Origin: Patellaria atrata CBS 101060
Taxonomy: Eukaryota
Length of the DNA stretch: 34,945 bases
Reading direction: 5' to 3'
Assembly: GCA_010093705.1 (NCBI GenBank)
Contig: MU006089.1
Coordinates: 3,025,561 to 3,060,505, forward strand
Shown: one piece after another, positions 23,100 to 34,845 of the stretch
Layout: every line of letters begins with the position of its first letter
Numbering within the stretch: position 1 is the first letter of the stretch
Translations under genes and position numbers: made by a program
Notes under the pieces: model-generated
The model's input: only the letters and a program-made list of their open reading frames with translations
The model's database searches: none
What the model was told of the DNA's origin: nothing

Positions 23100-24260
23100 A
23101 CAGAGAGGTACATTGCATGAAGCAATAATGCAGTTCGCTCTCTCCCGTGTGTGAAGCCTCTATTGCCCCTGAAAGGTGGATATTAGAGTAGTGCACAAGC
23201 TAAAGCTGAGGATCTAAAGCCCGTGGTTACCTTAAGAGTAGCTTTGCAGTTTTCCAAACAGAACATGATCCCTTGATTGGAGAGGTGTTCGCAGAAATGG
23301 AAAGATCAAAACTGTGTGATGCGTAGACTAATAACGTTGTAGGAATCGATACATGCTGACGCTCTTCACCAAGAGACCTTCTTGATAGCCATGCTTAGGG
23401 AGAATATTCAGATATAACTACACTTCACGATCTGATAATGCTGCAGAAGGGGGAGCGCAACATTCTGGACCAGCGATTCGATGGTAGAACTACTGCAGAA
23501 CATCGCTCTACTTTCTAGACGGAACGAGCTTTAAACATTTCCTTAGGTCTATGTTGAACAGTTCCACCAAGTCCTTGCAGCCGATGGAGAAAGATCTATC
23601 TTCTAGCTTCCCCTCGGTTAGTTTGTCCACTTCTCAGGTTTGTATAGTGAAGGGTGGATGATTGGCTCTCCTTCACCACAAGCGGCCCATATATTCAGGA
23701 GCAACTTTTTGGTCCGAAATTGACGACACCGATCTAGGGGGAAGGTATGTGAGTTGATTGACTGATTTACGAACGGGATAGAGAAGACGGGATGCGCTGG
23801 CATCATAATAGCCATAAATCAGGCCAACAGAAGCAAAGTCAAGTTGCTTCCTCCTACTGTTCAGGTCGCCATTGAGGTTCAAGCCGCTTGTTAAGCGGAC
23901 GATTGTCCAGTCGAGCCAGTGATGTTCGGTATCGCAGTTCCAGCATCTTTAAGATGGCGTTCAGGAGTTGCATGACGAACCAAGACTGGCATGCTAGCGC
24001 CATCAGATTGTCATTTGTTAGCATCGAAGCATCTTGCTTGCGTGCTGTTCAGGAACGATCATCCCGCAAATTGGAAGCCTAATTATATCCAGGCCTGAAA
24101 GAAGAAGTTGAGCCTGATGAGGGCTGATCTTTTTCTTGCCATTTTCCGTTGCGCCAGAATGCCAGATGCCAACACAAGGAGATAATACTAATGCTGGGTT
24201 CCTGGCGTAAATCGGCAAGGGGAAGCGGAGCACAATAATAATGTGAAAAAGGTTCGGTTC
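23100..24260 (-). pseudogene. Possible decayed gene of unknown family
   Basis: Protein-like fragments in shifting frames, interrupted by stops (for example MLTNDNLMALACQSWFVMQLLNAILKMLELRYRTSLARLDNPLNKRLEPQW and KLLLNIWAACGEGEPIIHP). No family recognised. Confidence 0.25.
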
Positions 24261-25099
24261 ATGTCATCAAATTCCAAGCGAGTCCAGTGGATTTGACTGG
24301 ATTCGGTCCTCCCTTTCCAGCCCAAAGCCCTTTTTATTCAACTGTGCCATTTACATTATTTTGCAAGCATATTTCATATTCATACGCTCCTCAGGTACAT
24401 ATGCTAAGCATAGCATAATACCCACCGGCGCTCCCCGTAACTGGCTAAGTCCGCCGACGCCAGCTTACGGCTCTGTACTTTTGATACTAGCCTTCCTTGC
24501 AATTACCATCTCAATGAACTTGCCCATTCTGCCCGTCCTCGCCAATATGTGTCTTCAACCCACAGTGCAGCGCAAGTGATTGCTGACTGCCTCTACGGCT
24601 GCGATAATTCTTAATTGCTGAATCAGACCAGGCATCAGAGTGGGTGTTACTCCCTTCGGCATATTGTCTAGGCTGAAGTTCGCAACTTTGAGCTGTAAGG
24701 AATCCTCTGTGCTATCTCATAAGTAGAACCTCACTCCAACCCCAAAGCTTTCTCTATTCAAGAAATTGTCGTCTTAATCCTAAAGATATATTCTGATATA
24801 ATGTTCTAATCTCTGTGCAATCCATCTAGATCTTGACTACTATCACCAGTATCATCGTACCTAATTTCGAGACCTCCACGAACCCTCTAAGAAGCTTTGA
24901 TAGGATCTCCCCTATCCCCAAAGCTCTGGGCAATTGACATGTACAATCTGGTTATATCCGAGTTAGAAGTCAGCACCTGTCAAGAGGGCTATTGACTCAT
25001 ATACCACGGGGTTCTTCTGTTCTTCGAACTTCATTCCAGGGAGAGTCTCAAGTCCCGAACATTGAGAATAATTGAGAGGGGTGTGGCTTCACAGTTGCT

Positions 25100-27691
25100 A
25101 TGAATTTGGATCAGTCTATGTATGGGTATGATACTTTTCATAAGAAATCTCGTCGATGCGTGGAACATCAATTCATTTCGCACCTTTCTATATCTCTGGG
25201 TCGACTCTTCAAAACTGGACATCTTTAAGGCACTATCACAAACACTGCAATCTCCGTTGCAACCGTGGTTTTATACATGACTAGAACTTGACCTAGTACA
25301 TTTACCTCCAATGTCTTTCGCATATTTTCCTGCTAATTTAGTTATGTTCATAGCTACTCAGACTGGCATATTCCAAGTCCATCCTCAACTCCAACATCTG
25401 CAACATTCAGTCAAACATCCACTCGAACTCCAAAGTGCGAACCTGCTCCTACATACTTTTTGGACGCCTTCGGAACTCCACGAGCACAGGTACACCCCAC
25501 TCTTACGCAAGCATCAGCATTCAACCAGGCCTCCCCGTTTACTCCAAAAAGAATTACTAAAAGACCGAGTACGTCCCGTCTGAATGACCCGGAGTTTCAT
25601 GTGAACTATCTCTCCCCACACAACGGTGAGCCCTTACCGCCAGTTGAACCGGCTCATCGGCTGTCGTCGTCTGAGACAGCAGCAGGACTTCAGGAGTCCA
25701 GCACGCTTCCTGGTCCAGCGAAAACACCCCGCAAATTACTACCAAATACAATGGAGGGCACTCAAATGCAGACTCCACCCCCAACTAGGCATTCTTCTGA
25801 GAGAGGGAAGGATCAATCTCAAAGTCGGTCTCTGGCAACTCCCACGACGACTATCCCTGGCAGAATCACTACTCCTACTAGTGCCGGCTTCTTCACAGAA
25901 AATAATGTGTTCAATCAGACCCCACTGCAAATTTCGTCTCTGCAATTCTCTCCCGATGTCTCTCGGTTAATGGATAATGGACCTGCTACTGCACCAGCGT
26001 ATTCTCAGTCCCGGTTTTCTTGGGATACAAATACGACTACTCCGTTCTTGGATGTTGAAATGTCAAACACAACCCATGATGACCCATTTGTTGCAACAAA
26101 TCAAAACTCACAAACATCATCCGAATGGCTTAATGATACCACAACAGGAAGCTTTTCATCTAGTCGACATCAAGCTGGCGATGGTTTGGATAATGAAGAC
26201 ACCTATTGGTTGTCTAGCCCTACTACATCACAAGGAGTTTCGGCCCCATCACGCCCTACGTCTTTCATGTCCACTAGCTCAGGGGTAGATCCGAGTATGC
26301 TTTTCAGTTTCTCGGACAACGTAGACACAAGCATAATATCTCCAGGCAAGATTCAAAGGCCGGAAAGTAAAGAGGTACACATGAACCGCCAACCTTACGA
26401 GCACCAAACTCGTGAGTCCCTTCGGGAGAAAGAGATGGCGCGAAAAGCACGACAGCATCATTCACGCTCCAGTACTAATTCTTCCTCTTCATCAATGGTG
26501 AACATAAGACCTGGCCCGCAACGAAGTAACACGGATGCCGGAATTTCGAAACGACATAGCATGACGGATTCACTGTCTATATCACAAAGCCTTGGCTTTG
26601 GGCATATTCCACGGAGATCTTCTCCGTTGAAACGAGCGAGCCGGGCCTCACTAACTTCGATTCCCGAAACAAGTAGTTTCAGATCTAGAACACGACTTGT
26701 GGTTGACGAGTCTGGACATGCGAGAACTGAGACAATACCACCTCCTATTGATAATCCAAGAGCACATTCTAGACAGTCAGGGCTCTGGGATGAGGATGGA
26801 AATGATACGGACTCTGATACAAGTATACATATCGCGAACCAACACAGCTCGTTCACCATTCCCAACAAGGATTCCCATCGCTTAAACCATTTTAGATTGG
26901 ACAATGGCCCTAATCGCTCAAATTCTTCCCGGTTATCAAGACCCTCATCTTCCACATCTTTGAGAAGCATCCATAATAGTGCTCGAAAAGGATTAGGAAA
27001 CCTTTTGGAACAACCCTCTACAACACGTACCGAGAATGCCAATGCGTTTAGAAGGCATAGTATGATTAATTTTAACAGCTTCACTAGTGAAGGTGATGGG
27101 ATCCCGTCTCAGGACTTTTCTTTTACCTCGAATTCCGGAGATAATGCACAGTTCGCACTTAAAAAATTAAAAGAGGATCGAGCGAAAGTACAACGTGAGT
27201 CCCGATTATGTTGTTATCTATACTGTCACTAATGCCGTGTAGAGCAGAAAGAGCAGCATGAGGCACAGGGTACGTTATTTGCTCACAACCAAAGATGGGC
27301 TCGAGCTTCTGCGGATTTGGCTCAGCTGGGTCCCAGACAACAGCTTCCGTTCGAACCTTTTTCACATTCAAATACTATATCACCAATGTCAATGATCGAA
27401 CATGATATTAGCACACCGACTACAGATCGCAGCAGTCTGTCTACGGAAAGTACTCGCTGCGTGTGCAACTCTGTAGATGGGGGAGGAATGATGATTCAGT
27501 GCGAATCATGCGTGAAGTGGTTACACGGTAAATGTGTTGGAATCACTGAGCAAAATATACCACCCGTTTATGTGTGTATATTTTGCACTGGTCAGACTCC
27601 AGCTGTCAGAGGAGGTCGTATTCGCAAACCAATTCGGGCAGTACCCAATTACACATCTCCCTTAAACCATAAATCGGGTTTTCGGCGGTAG
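25100..27691 (+). CDS. PHD-finger protein with a long Ser/Thr/Pro-rich disordered region; exons 25100-25125 (tentative), 25354-27194, 27243-27691
   Basis: C-terminal C4HC3 PHD: CVC...MIQCESCVKWLHGKCVGI...YVCIFC. Intron 27195-27242 (GTGAGT..CTAAT..TAG) joins the two ORFs in frame. The acceptor at 25353 has a GCTAAT branch point; the first exon is less certain. Confidence 0.85.
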
Positions 27692-28555
27692 TGTGACCTT
27701 CAAACCTGGTTTTTCTAACTCATTCTTATGTCGCCTGAATACTTTCGACTTTAGCCCTTTCAATGGTTCCTCTTTGCCAAAGTTACCTTCGAGATACCCA
27801 TCCTTGTATCATCAGCATATATACTTGGTAGCTTATCCAGCTAGGTTAAGCACGCTCCGATTCCAAGTCATTTTCTTCCGGCGTTATTCACTTGCATACC
27901 CATCAATGCCTGTTAGCATCAAAAATTGGGTGATGGATCTATATAATTTCCGATGATGGTCTCAGTAACAAAAGGGCTATGCAATCTGTTCCCGACTGTC
28001 GTTCGCCTCACGCTCCTCATATCTCCCTTTTAGAGACTACTGGCAACCGAATTCTGTCTGGTACCGTTTCGTTTGCCTATCGGTTCTTTCGGTCTTTCTT
28101 TTGGAGACGAATCTTAGTACTATAATTACATTGGTCTAATGGTGGTAATGTGAGGTTGAAGGATAATGAATCTGTATATAGGTTGAATGAGATAATGAAT
28201 GTACATGAGGTTTCCGATGTTTCAACCATCCGTTGATTCATCTTGGTTCATAGAAATGTTTAACCTGCAAGATTATACAAGTACCTGTAGAGCCTTATAC
28301 CGCAGCAACTAGGTACAAACTACTACCCACCATGATTTCAACACTTATATCTGAGAATTAGATAGGTTCCACAAAGTGAATCGTAAGTTTTCTGCTAAAT
28401 ACAATATCAAAGGAGAGCCCCAAATCCAATCCAACAGAAACTTGGGGGCCAAAATGGTGGGGCGAACGCTCTGTTCCGCTCCCAACTCTTTCCAAAACTC
28501 CGTACTACAAAAAAAAAACATTTCAAAAGAATGAAACCTTCAGAAGCAAAAGAGA

Positions 28556-28645
28556 CGACCGAGAAGGGGCTCGAACCCTCAACCTTCAGTGAACAACAAT
28601 TTTGGAAAACCGAAAACTGACGCGCTACCATTGCGCCACCCGGCC
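28556..28645 (-). tRNA. tRNA-Arg(UCG) with an 18-nt intron
   Basis: Minus strand folds as GGCCGGG TG GCGC AATGGTA GCGC G TCAGT TT TCG G [ttttccaaaattgttgtt] C ACTGA AGGTT GAGGG TTCGAGC CCCTT CTCGGTC G. All four stems pair, the intron follows position 37, and T-runs lie downstream. Confidence 0.92.
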
Positions 28646-29459
28646 AGTCATTGTCGGACTAGAAAGTGGAGTAAATCTCTATTGATAATTTTTTTGAGCC
28701 ATAAGCGGATTATCATTACCGTGGATAGACCGAAGAACAAATGACATCTGATACTGTACAAACACCGTCAAGTTTGTCAAGGGTTCCTAGCAATGCCTGG
28801 ATAACAGTTTTTCAAGCGTATGCATGACCCCTTGGTGTTATCTCATTAGCCTACTATCTTATACTAGCTACTACACCTCACCGGAGTTCTCAGCAGTGCC
28901 AGTAGTCGTATATTAGGGCAGCAAGTAGAGCTAACGGCCTCTTATAAATATCTTGATACAGATAATATGACACCATAAAGTCCAGAGGTAAAAGTAGTAC
29001 TATAGGGCGTAATATCAATTGTTTTTGCATGGAACTAGTTCTATCCGAGTCACTGCCGAACTTATCCCGCTCGCTAATATAGAGATTCGCCAAGGCTTAA
29101 ATATAACGACGTCCGTTATCACTCAACACACCCGACTCTTCGATCAGGTTGTACAACATCTTACGCGTGCTCTCGTGATTATCAACTGGCTATCACAGTC
29201 TCCGAGATTAAGCAACCGGTCCGTTCTCAACGGTCCTATACTTCTACAAGACTACATTACTTCCACAGGACTACCCAACAAGCATACAGCTGAGTGAAAT
29301 CAATTCGACGCCAACATATGATGTACAATAAACTGCCTTACCTATACCGGCAACAAAAGCTTAAAAGGCTATATAGGACAAAATGACTACAGGGTGCAAC
29401 CGTTCACGAGCAGAAAAAAGAACACTAATTCCAACCTACTAATCTTCCTCTCATTGTTT

Positions 29460-31049
29460 TTAAACAAATCCATTTGCAATGAAATTTTTCAAAGATTGAA
29501 TAACTTTCTCGACTTCTTCCAAACTCTCGTTATTTTCTTTAGCATCATTTCTTAGTTTCTTAAACATTATTTCGTGTTCCCAGCGATCATTGCGTGGGGT
29601 ACGGGTGGGTTTTATGTGCGTCTTGTAATGTTGGTTCTTGTTATCATTTCGACCGAAGCAATTCTCACAAATAGGACAACGAAAGCTTTTGGTGCCACTG
29701 TGGGTCTTGTAATGACGCTTCAAATGTTCTGCCCGTTTAAACATTTTTCCGCATGGGCCATTAGGACCCACAAACCTACACCCCTGCTTGGCTGTTGGGC
29801 CATCTTGAGGTCCCCATGAACCATCTGGAAGTATCCACAAATTGGGATCGATATCAACGGCCACTTCAGATTCACCGATAAAGCTCTTTAATATCTTTGT
29901 GGGTCTACCTTTGGATTTCTTCCCCACTCGGCCCTTCCGCCTTTCCTTCTTCACGATCGTCTTCCCTCCTGTCCTACTAGTGGACATGGACCGATTTAAA
30001 CCCAGGTAGTCAGGGTCCGGGTCTTCTTTGATTTCTGGTTCTTCGGGTGTCTTGCATGCGTTATCCATCAAAGGTGATTCGGATACTTCGCTGTAATAGT
30101 CCTCCCGATACATGTGACTATCCTGAAGACTTTCTGGCGCTATCTCGACGTAAGCCTCATCATCAACCAGTGTATATGAGGTTTCCGACGGCGCAACTGT
30201 AGGCGATTGCTCCTCGACACTAGGGATTGTCGCATTGTCGAACGGTACCATAGTCCACTGGTAAGTTGAATCCATGGAGGGAGCCATCGTTCTCGCCACA
30301 TTGGTCGATGGGAGTTGGTGCGCACTGTTCAAGGGACCATAGGACACGACATCCCAAGAACTTGGGATTGAGTTTGCAAGGTGTTCGTGGAATATACTTT
30401 CGTCATTCTGGGTTGGTAATTGAGCTTCTAAAGCAGCGGAGAAGTCCCCAGATGCGGGCATCACCCGATCCTGAGAGAATCTCGTAAATCCGTTTATTTC
30501 AACACTGACAGGCCAACCCGGTGCTACTTGAGGTTGATACGGGTTGTCTTTCTGTCGAGTATGAATGGGTAACGATGGACCTTGAAGATAATCATCAATA
30601 GTCGTTTCGCCCACCACCTCAGGAGACGATCCATCGGCCAATAATCGGGGATCAGTGATTTTAACAAAAGAAACATCATTGGAAAGATCTTCGTATCTCG
30701 TAACTGGGGTGGGGGGAGCTGGCTCCAAGAAGTAAGAAGATGTTGATGAAAAGGACAGTTGCGTCGAGGCGATCGAATCTCGTCGTTCTTGACACGCGGC
30801 AGTTGATTGAGCAAGAAACTCAATGTTCCCATATTGGTCTTGACACATTCGTAATGTCTCCTTATCCATGGTTGGATAAGCAATGTTGAGATATTCGTCC
30901 TGCATAAGTTGAGGTGAGGGAGGAGACCTATTACCTGCATTAGTTGCTAACGTTACTTTGCATTAACAGTAAAGTGCTTACAAAACAAGCAATGAAGCGG
31001 TGACGAAAATCCTACGTTTCTAACAGGTTATTGACTGGAAGGCTGACAT
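29460..31049 (-). CDS. C2H2 zinc-finger transcription factor with two C-terminal fingers of the BrlA/Ste12/Msn2 type; main exon 30934-29460, tentative first exon 31049-31025 (minimal start is ATG 30905)
   Basis: Fingers CRFVGPNGPCGKMFKRAEHLKRHYKTH and SFRCPICENCFGRNDNKNQHYKTH, a basic NLS-like KKERRKGRVGKKSK and an acidic S/P-rich N-terminus. Acceptor CTAAT-GCAG at 30935. Confidence 0.88.
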
Positions 31050-33590
31050 TAAAAGTAGAGAATTGCTACCTCGTTCCTTTTGTAGATAAGATTGCTACAA
31101 AGACAATATCAGGATTGGATGATGCTTAATCTAATAAAGGGTTTGAACGTACAACAGTGCAACTAGTTTCCCTTAACGACGCGGTCAATGAACGCGGTCA
31201 AATAAGGTACTGGAATGGCCGTTGAAATCGCGACTGAGTGGATATCTACCCGAAGTACCCGAATCAAGACACTAGACTCGGGCTTTACTTGTGGCAAGAC
31301 CTAACGGCCAATTTACACGAACTATGATATCTGCAAGGGATCAGAAAGATTGCGAGATCCAGAAGAAGTGGGACCTTGCAGGCAACAAGAGCACGCCAGC
31401 GAGCTTTTGAATGAAGACGAGACCATTTGCAGTTTGGTGGCCAAACACCCATCTGTTTGGTAGAAGAGGCCATTGCAACGTCAGCCTCTGTTGGGTGGCT
31501 CATTTGGAATGATACCCCAGTGTATCATTCAATCCAGAGTCAGCCACTGGCTGGACAATCTGCAGGTTGTTTGATGATCCACCATATTCAAGAACTCTCC
31601 AAGATTGTGAGGTGGAATTTACCAACTCATTCCCTCTATAAACAAGCTATTCCTGCACAGCGGACGTGAATACAGCAGAAGTTCCCACTATAGTCTACTA
31701 ACCTTTACGGATGGGATTTCCAAGAGCCGGCAAGACCTGCGCGTTTATTTCCAACCCCGGCGACCATACATATAGTAAAAAGAGAAAGTCTTACCGAGAA
31801 AGACCATTCGGGGCTAAAGATGCTGTGCTCTCGTACAGTACGATTTCCTTGGAGAAGACGAGATCGATTCCTAAACCTATTTTTGACTGGGCCAATGCAC
31901 CTTGAGCTTTCAAGTCCAAATCCGGACCATTATGACTCGGTTAAATATCGGTATGGCCTAACCTTCTTGACGGATTTCATCAATTCTACGATTGGATACC
32001 GAATTCACGGTTAATCAATCTATCGCATCTTCGATCCAGAAATTGTGTAGCGGACATTTTCGTCACTTGTAGAAAAGTGTCATGAGACTACGCGGGGGTA
32101 AATTCGATCTCTTCCGCTGCGAATGCTCGACTTTGACATTTATATCAGTCATTAGCTTCAACACCACTTGTTCCACAGCTTCTTACTTGCATTTGGGGCA
32201 GGCCCCTGGCGCAACCCTCACAGTGGTTGAGGGAAAGATGTACCGGCCTTCTAGCATGTTTCAGAACGTGTGGAATGCAGGATATGCGATATCAGCTCCA
32301 TACAGGGCAACGTTGCTTCGGTGATCTCGTATGTAGCTCGGCGACCTTTGATTCTTGAAGGCTGAAGCTACAATGATCATCAGATATGATTTCTAGATCA
32401 CGGATCCACCCACCCTGAGTCAGAACTCGTGATACACAGAAGTGGAACTGTTGTCCTGATTGACTTTTAGAGCGACCCTGGTCCCTTCGCCTATAACCAT
32501 GCTTCGCAACGGTTATCCGCATACTTACCTTTCTGTTCACTTACACTACTTGCTAACATCGGTGGAATGGTAGAATTCTTGGTTATATATTGGATTTACG
32601 CAACGAGCAAAGACTATATCTCCTTCATAACTCTGGATCTTAATCCCTATTGTTAGGCATGTGTAACCTCTGGTAGCCATTAAACGCGTTCCTGATATCC
32701 AGGCGCTAATCACGGCAGGGGCCGAGAGTCCTGCTTTACCAGTTATATGGACGATCTGATCTAACTTTGATCGCCGTTCAATCGTCCGTGCCGCTGGAGT
32801 TTTGAACGGTACACAGTCTCACTCCGGCGAATTCTCAACGGGGATGAGAAATCTTCCTCAAGTGTTACCTGAATGTGGAAAAATTGACTATCTGGACAGT
32901 GGGTGTTAGGACTAATTGTTGCGAGAATAACGGCCTCCTCATTACTCGCGGATTCATCACGTCTAGTGAAATCCAACTCCTTCTTGGAGAACTTTTGAGA
33001 CTCAACTGCTGATCTATTTCACGAAATTAGTCAGACGATCATATGAGTTTTAGGTACGAATATCCCAGAAGCATCGCGGTATGTTTTCCCGGGATGGGTG
33101 GGCCTGGCCATGAAATATCACTATCCTCAGTATGGAATTCCTCACTCATTGTACGCTCCCTATTCAGGTTGCACTCTACTGTATAGGAAGTTGAAAACGA
33201 ACGAACGTCCCCGCCCGTATGCAGGACCCGGCCGTGTGGAATATGAAAGTCGGTTGCCCGTTCAAGACGGATAGTTCGCCACTAGTTTTGCGGCAAGCGT
33301 ACAGAGACCGAGGAATGCCGATTCGCGATAAGGAATGTGATAAACGTATATGATTTCGAAAGTTGCAGCGTCTATGTGAAAGAAGCTACGGTAATACGCT
33401 AAACGCTTATCAATGTAAAACCGCTAGAAATGCTAGAAGAGTTGAAAATAAACACCAGGCGCCTTCTATATGCTTCGCTTTCAAAACGGAATGCTGGTTT
33501 ATGTGCATAAAAGTGCTGATTCATATGCGTTCGTCATATGACCTCCCCGAGGGGTATCGATCGTAAGGTCATGACATTGGTTTAGATCTC

Positions 33591-34209
33591 TTATGAAGGT
33601 ACGTCTAAATGTGACCGCTTCATTGCTAATGTCAAATCTTCGGCTGTGAATGGTGAACCGTTGGGAGATGGTTGCGCATTTGTGACTCGCGAGACAGGAT
33701 CGATGCTATCGCCAGCTCTATTTCTACGCTTAGCATCTCCATCGGCAGTATGCTGACGAGAGAGGCCAACTATCACAGAAATTAATGTTGGATCCAAGAT
33801 GAAGATGACGAAGATAAGGTATCCAAACAGCGTACTACTAACCATTCATTACGTCTGAATCGTCGACCTCAGGCACTTTACCCACGCTTGATCCCGCCCT
33901 AACAGTACTCTGAAAACTCTTCCTACCAAACGTCTTGGAACTGTTTCGCCGACTGGGCATACGGCTCCCCATGGGACTATACATGGACTGTTCGCTTTTC
34001 CTTCGCCATGCTTTCGCAAAGGTGAATGCTTCGAGTTTCTCCTTGTGCTCCTTGGCGACGGGGCGACGATACTTCATCGGCGGCATCTTCTCGCCGGGTT
34101 GGTAAACATTGCTGTTGCGACGGGAGGAGCGCTTCGATAAGGAAGATGTCTCGGATGTGCCGGTCGAAGAGCGGCCGAAGGCTTTCTTGATGCGCTCGCG
34201 GATAGGCAT
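33591..34209 (-). CDS. Hypothetical basic, Ser/Arg-rich fungal protein; exons 34209-33843, 33769-33591
   Basis: Intron 33842-33770 (GTTAGT..TTAAT..TAG) joins the two ORFs in frame (DVMN|VGLSRQHT). The core YQPGEKMPPMKYRRPVAKEHKEKLEAFTF..AWRRKS looks like a conserved-type block, and there are several RRxS motifs. Confidence 0.8.
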
Positions 34210-34845
34210 TACTCTCAGCTATGCAAGTATCTGTTGAAACGGGAGAGCGAAAGAGAGCATTTAGTTGAACTTGGGGTTTTTTCTGGGGGATTTTAAGAAT
34301 AAGGTAGTGGAGCGGGCTGTCTGTCAGAAATTCTGTTATTCTGGGGCTGACAGATTGGTTTGCAGCAGACGTGGTGGTTTAACAAGGGCCTTTTTGGTGT
34401 CGGCGTCATAACGGGTGTGCCGGCTTGGGGTGATGGTTATCGGGAAGGGGGTTAGAGGGGTGGACGGGAGGTGGGTGCTTGGGTTGCTGTGCGGTTTTCG
34501 CGCGGCCCACTATGCTCATTCTCGGTTTAGGTCTCCTCGTTGCGCTTGGGCGATTTGGGGAGGTCATCGTGAATTTTTCGTGGTCTGGAGCGATCGGCAG
34601 TTCGTGGGGGAAAAGGGGATCGAAGTCACGGGGTTGGCGGCGAAAAAGATGGAGATAGGGGGAGAAGGAAAATATCGGACGACGATGGTTGGATTGGCGG
34701 TAAGAAAGACGGGTTTGTAAAGGTGACTTTGGGATGGAGAAATTCGGAGGTAGAGGAGCAAGTCCACGATACATAAAAGAATTTGGATACTTGTATGGAT
34801 TCTTCCGATTTCGCATTTCAGCCTGGAGAGTCTCATTATTTCATT

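Noticed and set aside
25031..25222. 63-aa minus-strand ORF as an intact gene
   Set aside because: It has no recognisable motif and overlaps the tentative first exon and intron of the PHD gene. At most it is part of the decayed region.
3798..28645. Functional link between the TFIIIC subunit gene and the tRNA gene
   Set aside because: They are more than 22 kb apart with unrelated genes between; coincidence is sufficient.
34406..34836. Overlapping Pro-rich and Gly-rich ORFs upstream of the 34209 gene
   Set aside because: They are explained by strong G/C strand skew of a probable pyrimidine-rich 5' leader, with no protein-like features.
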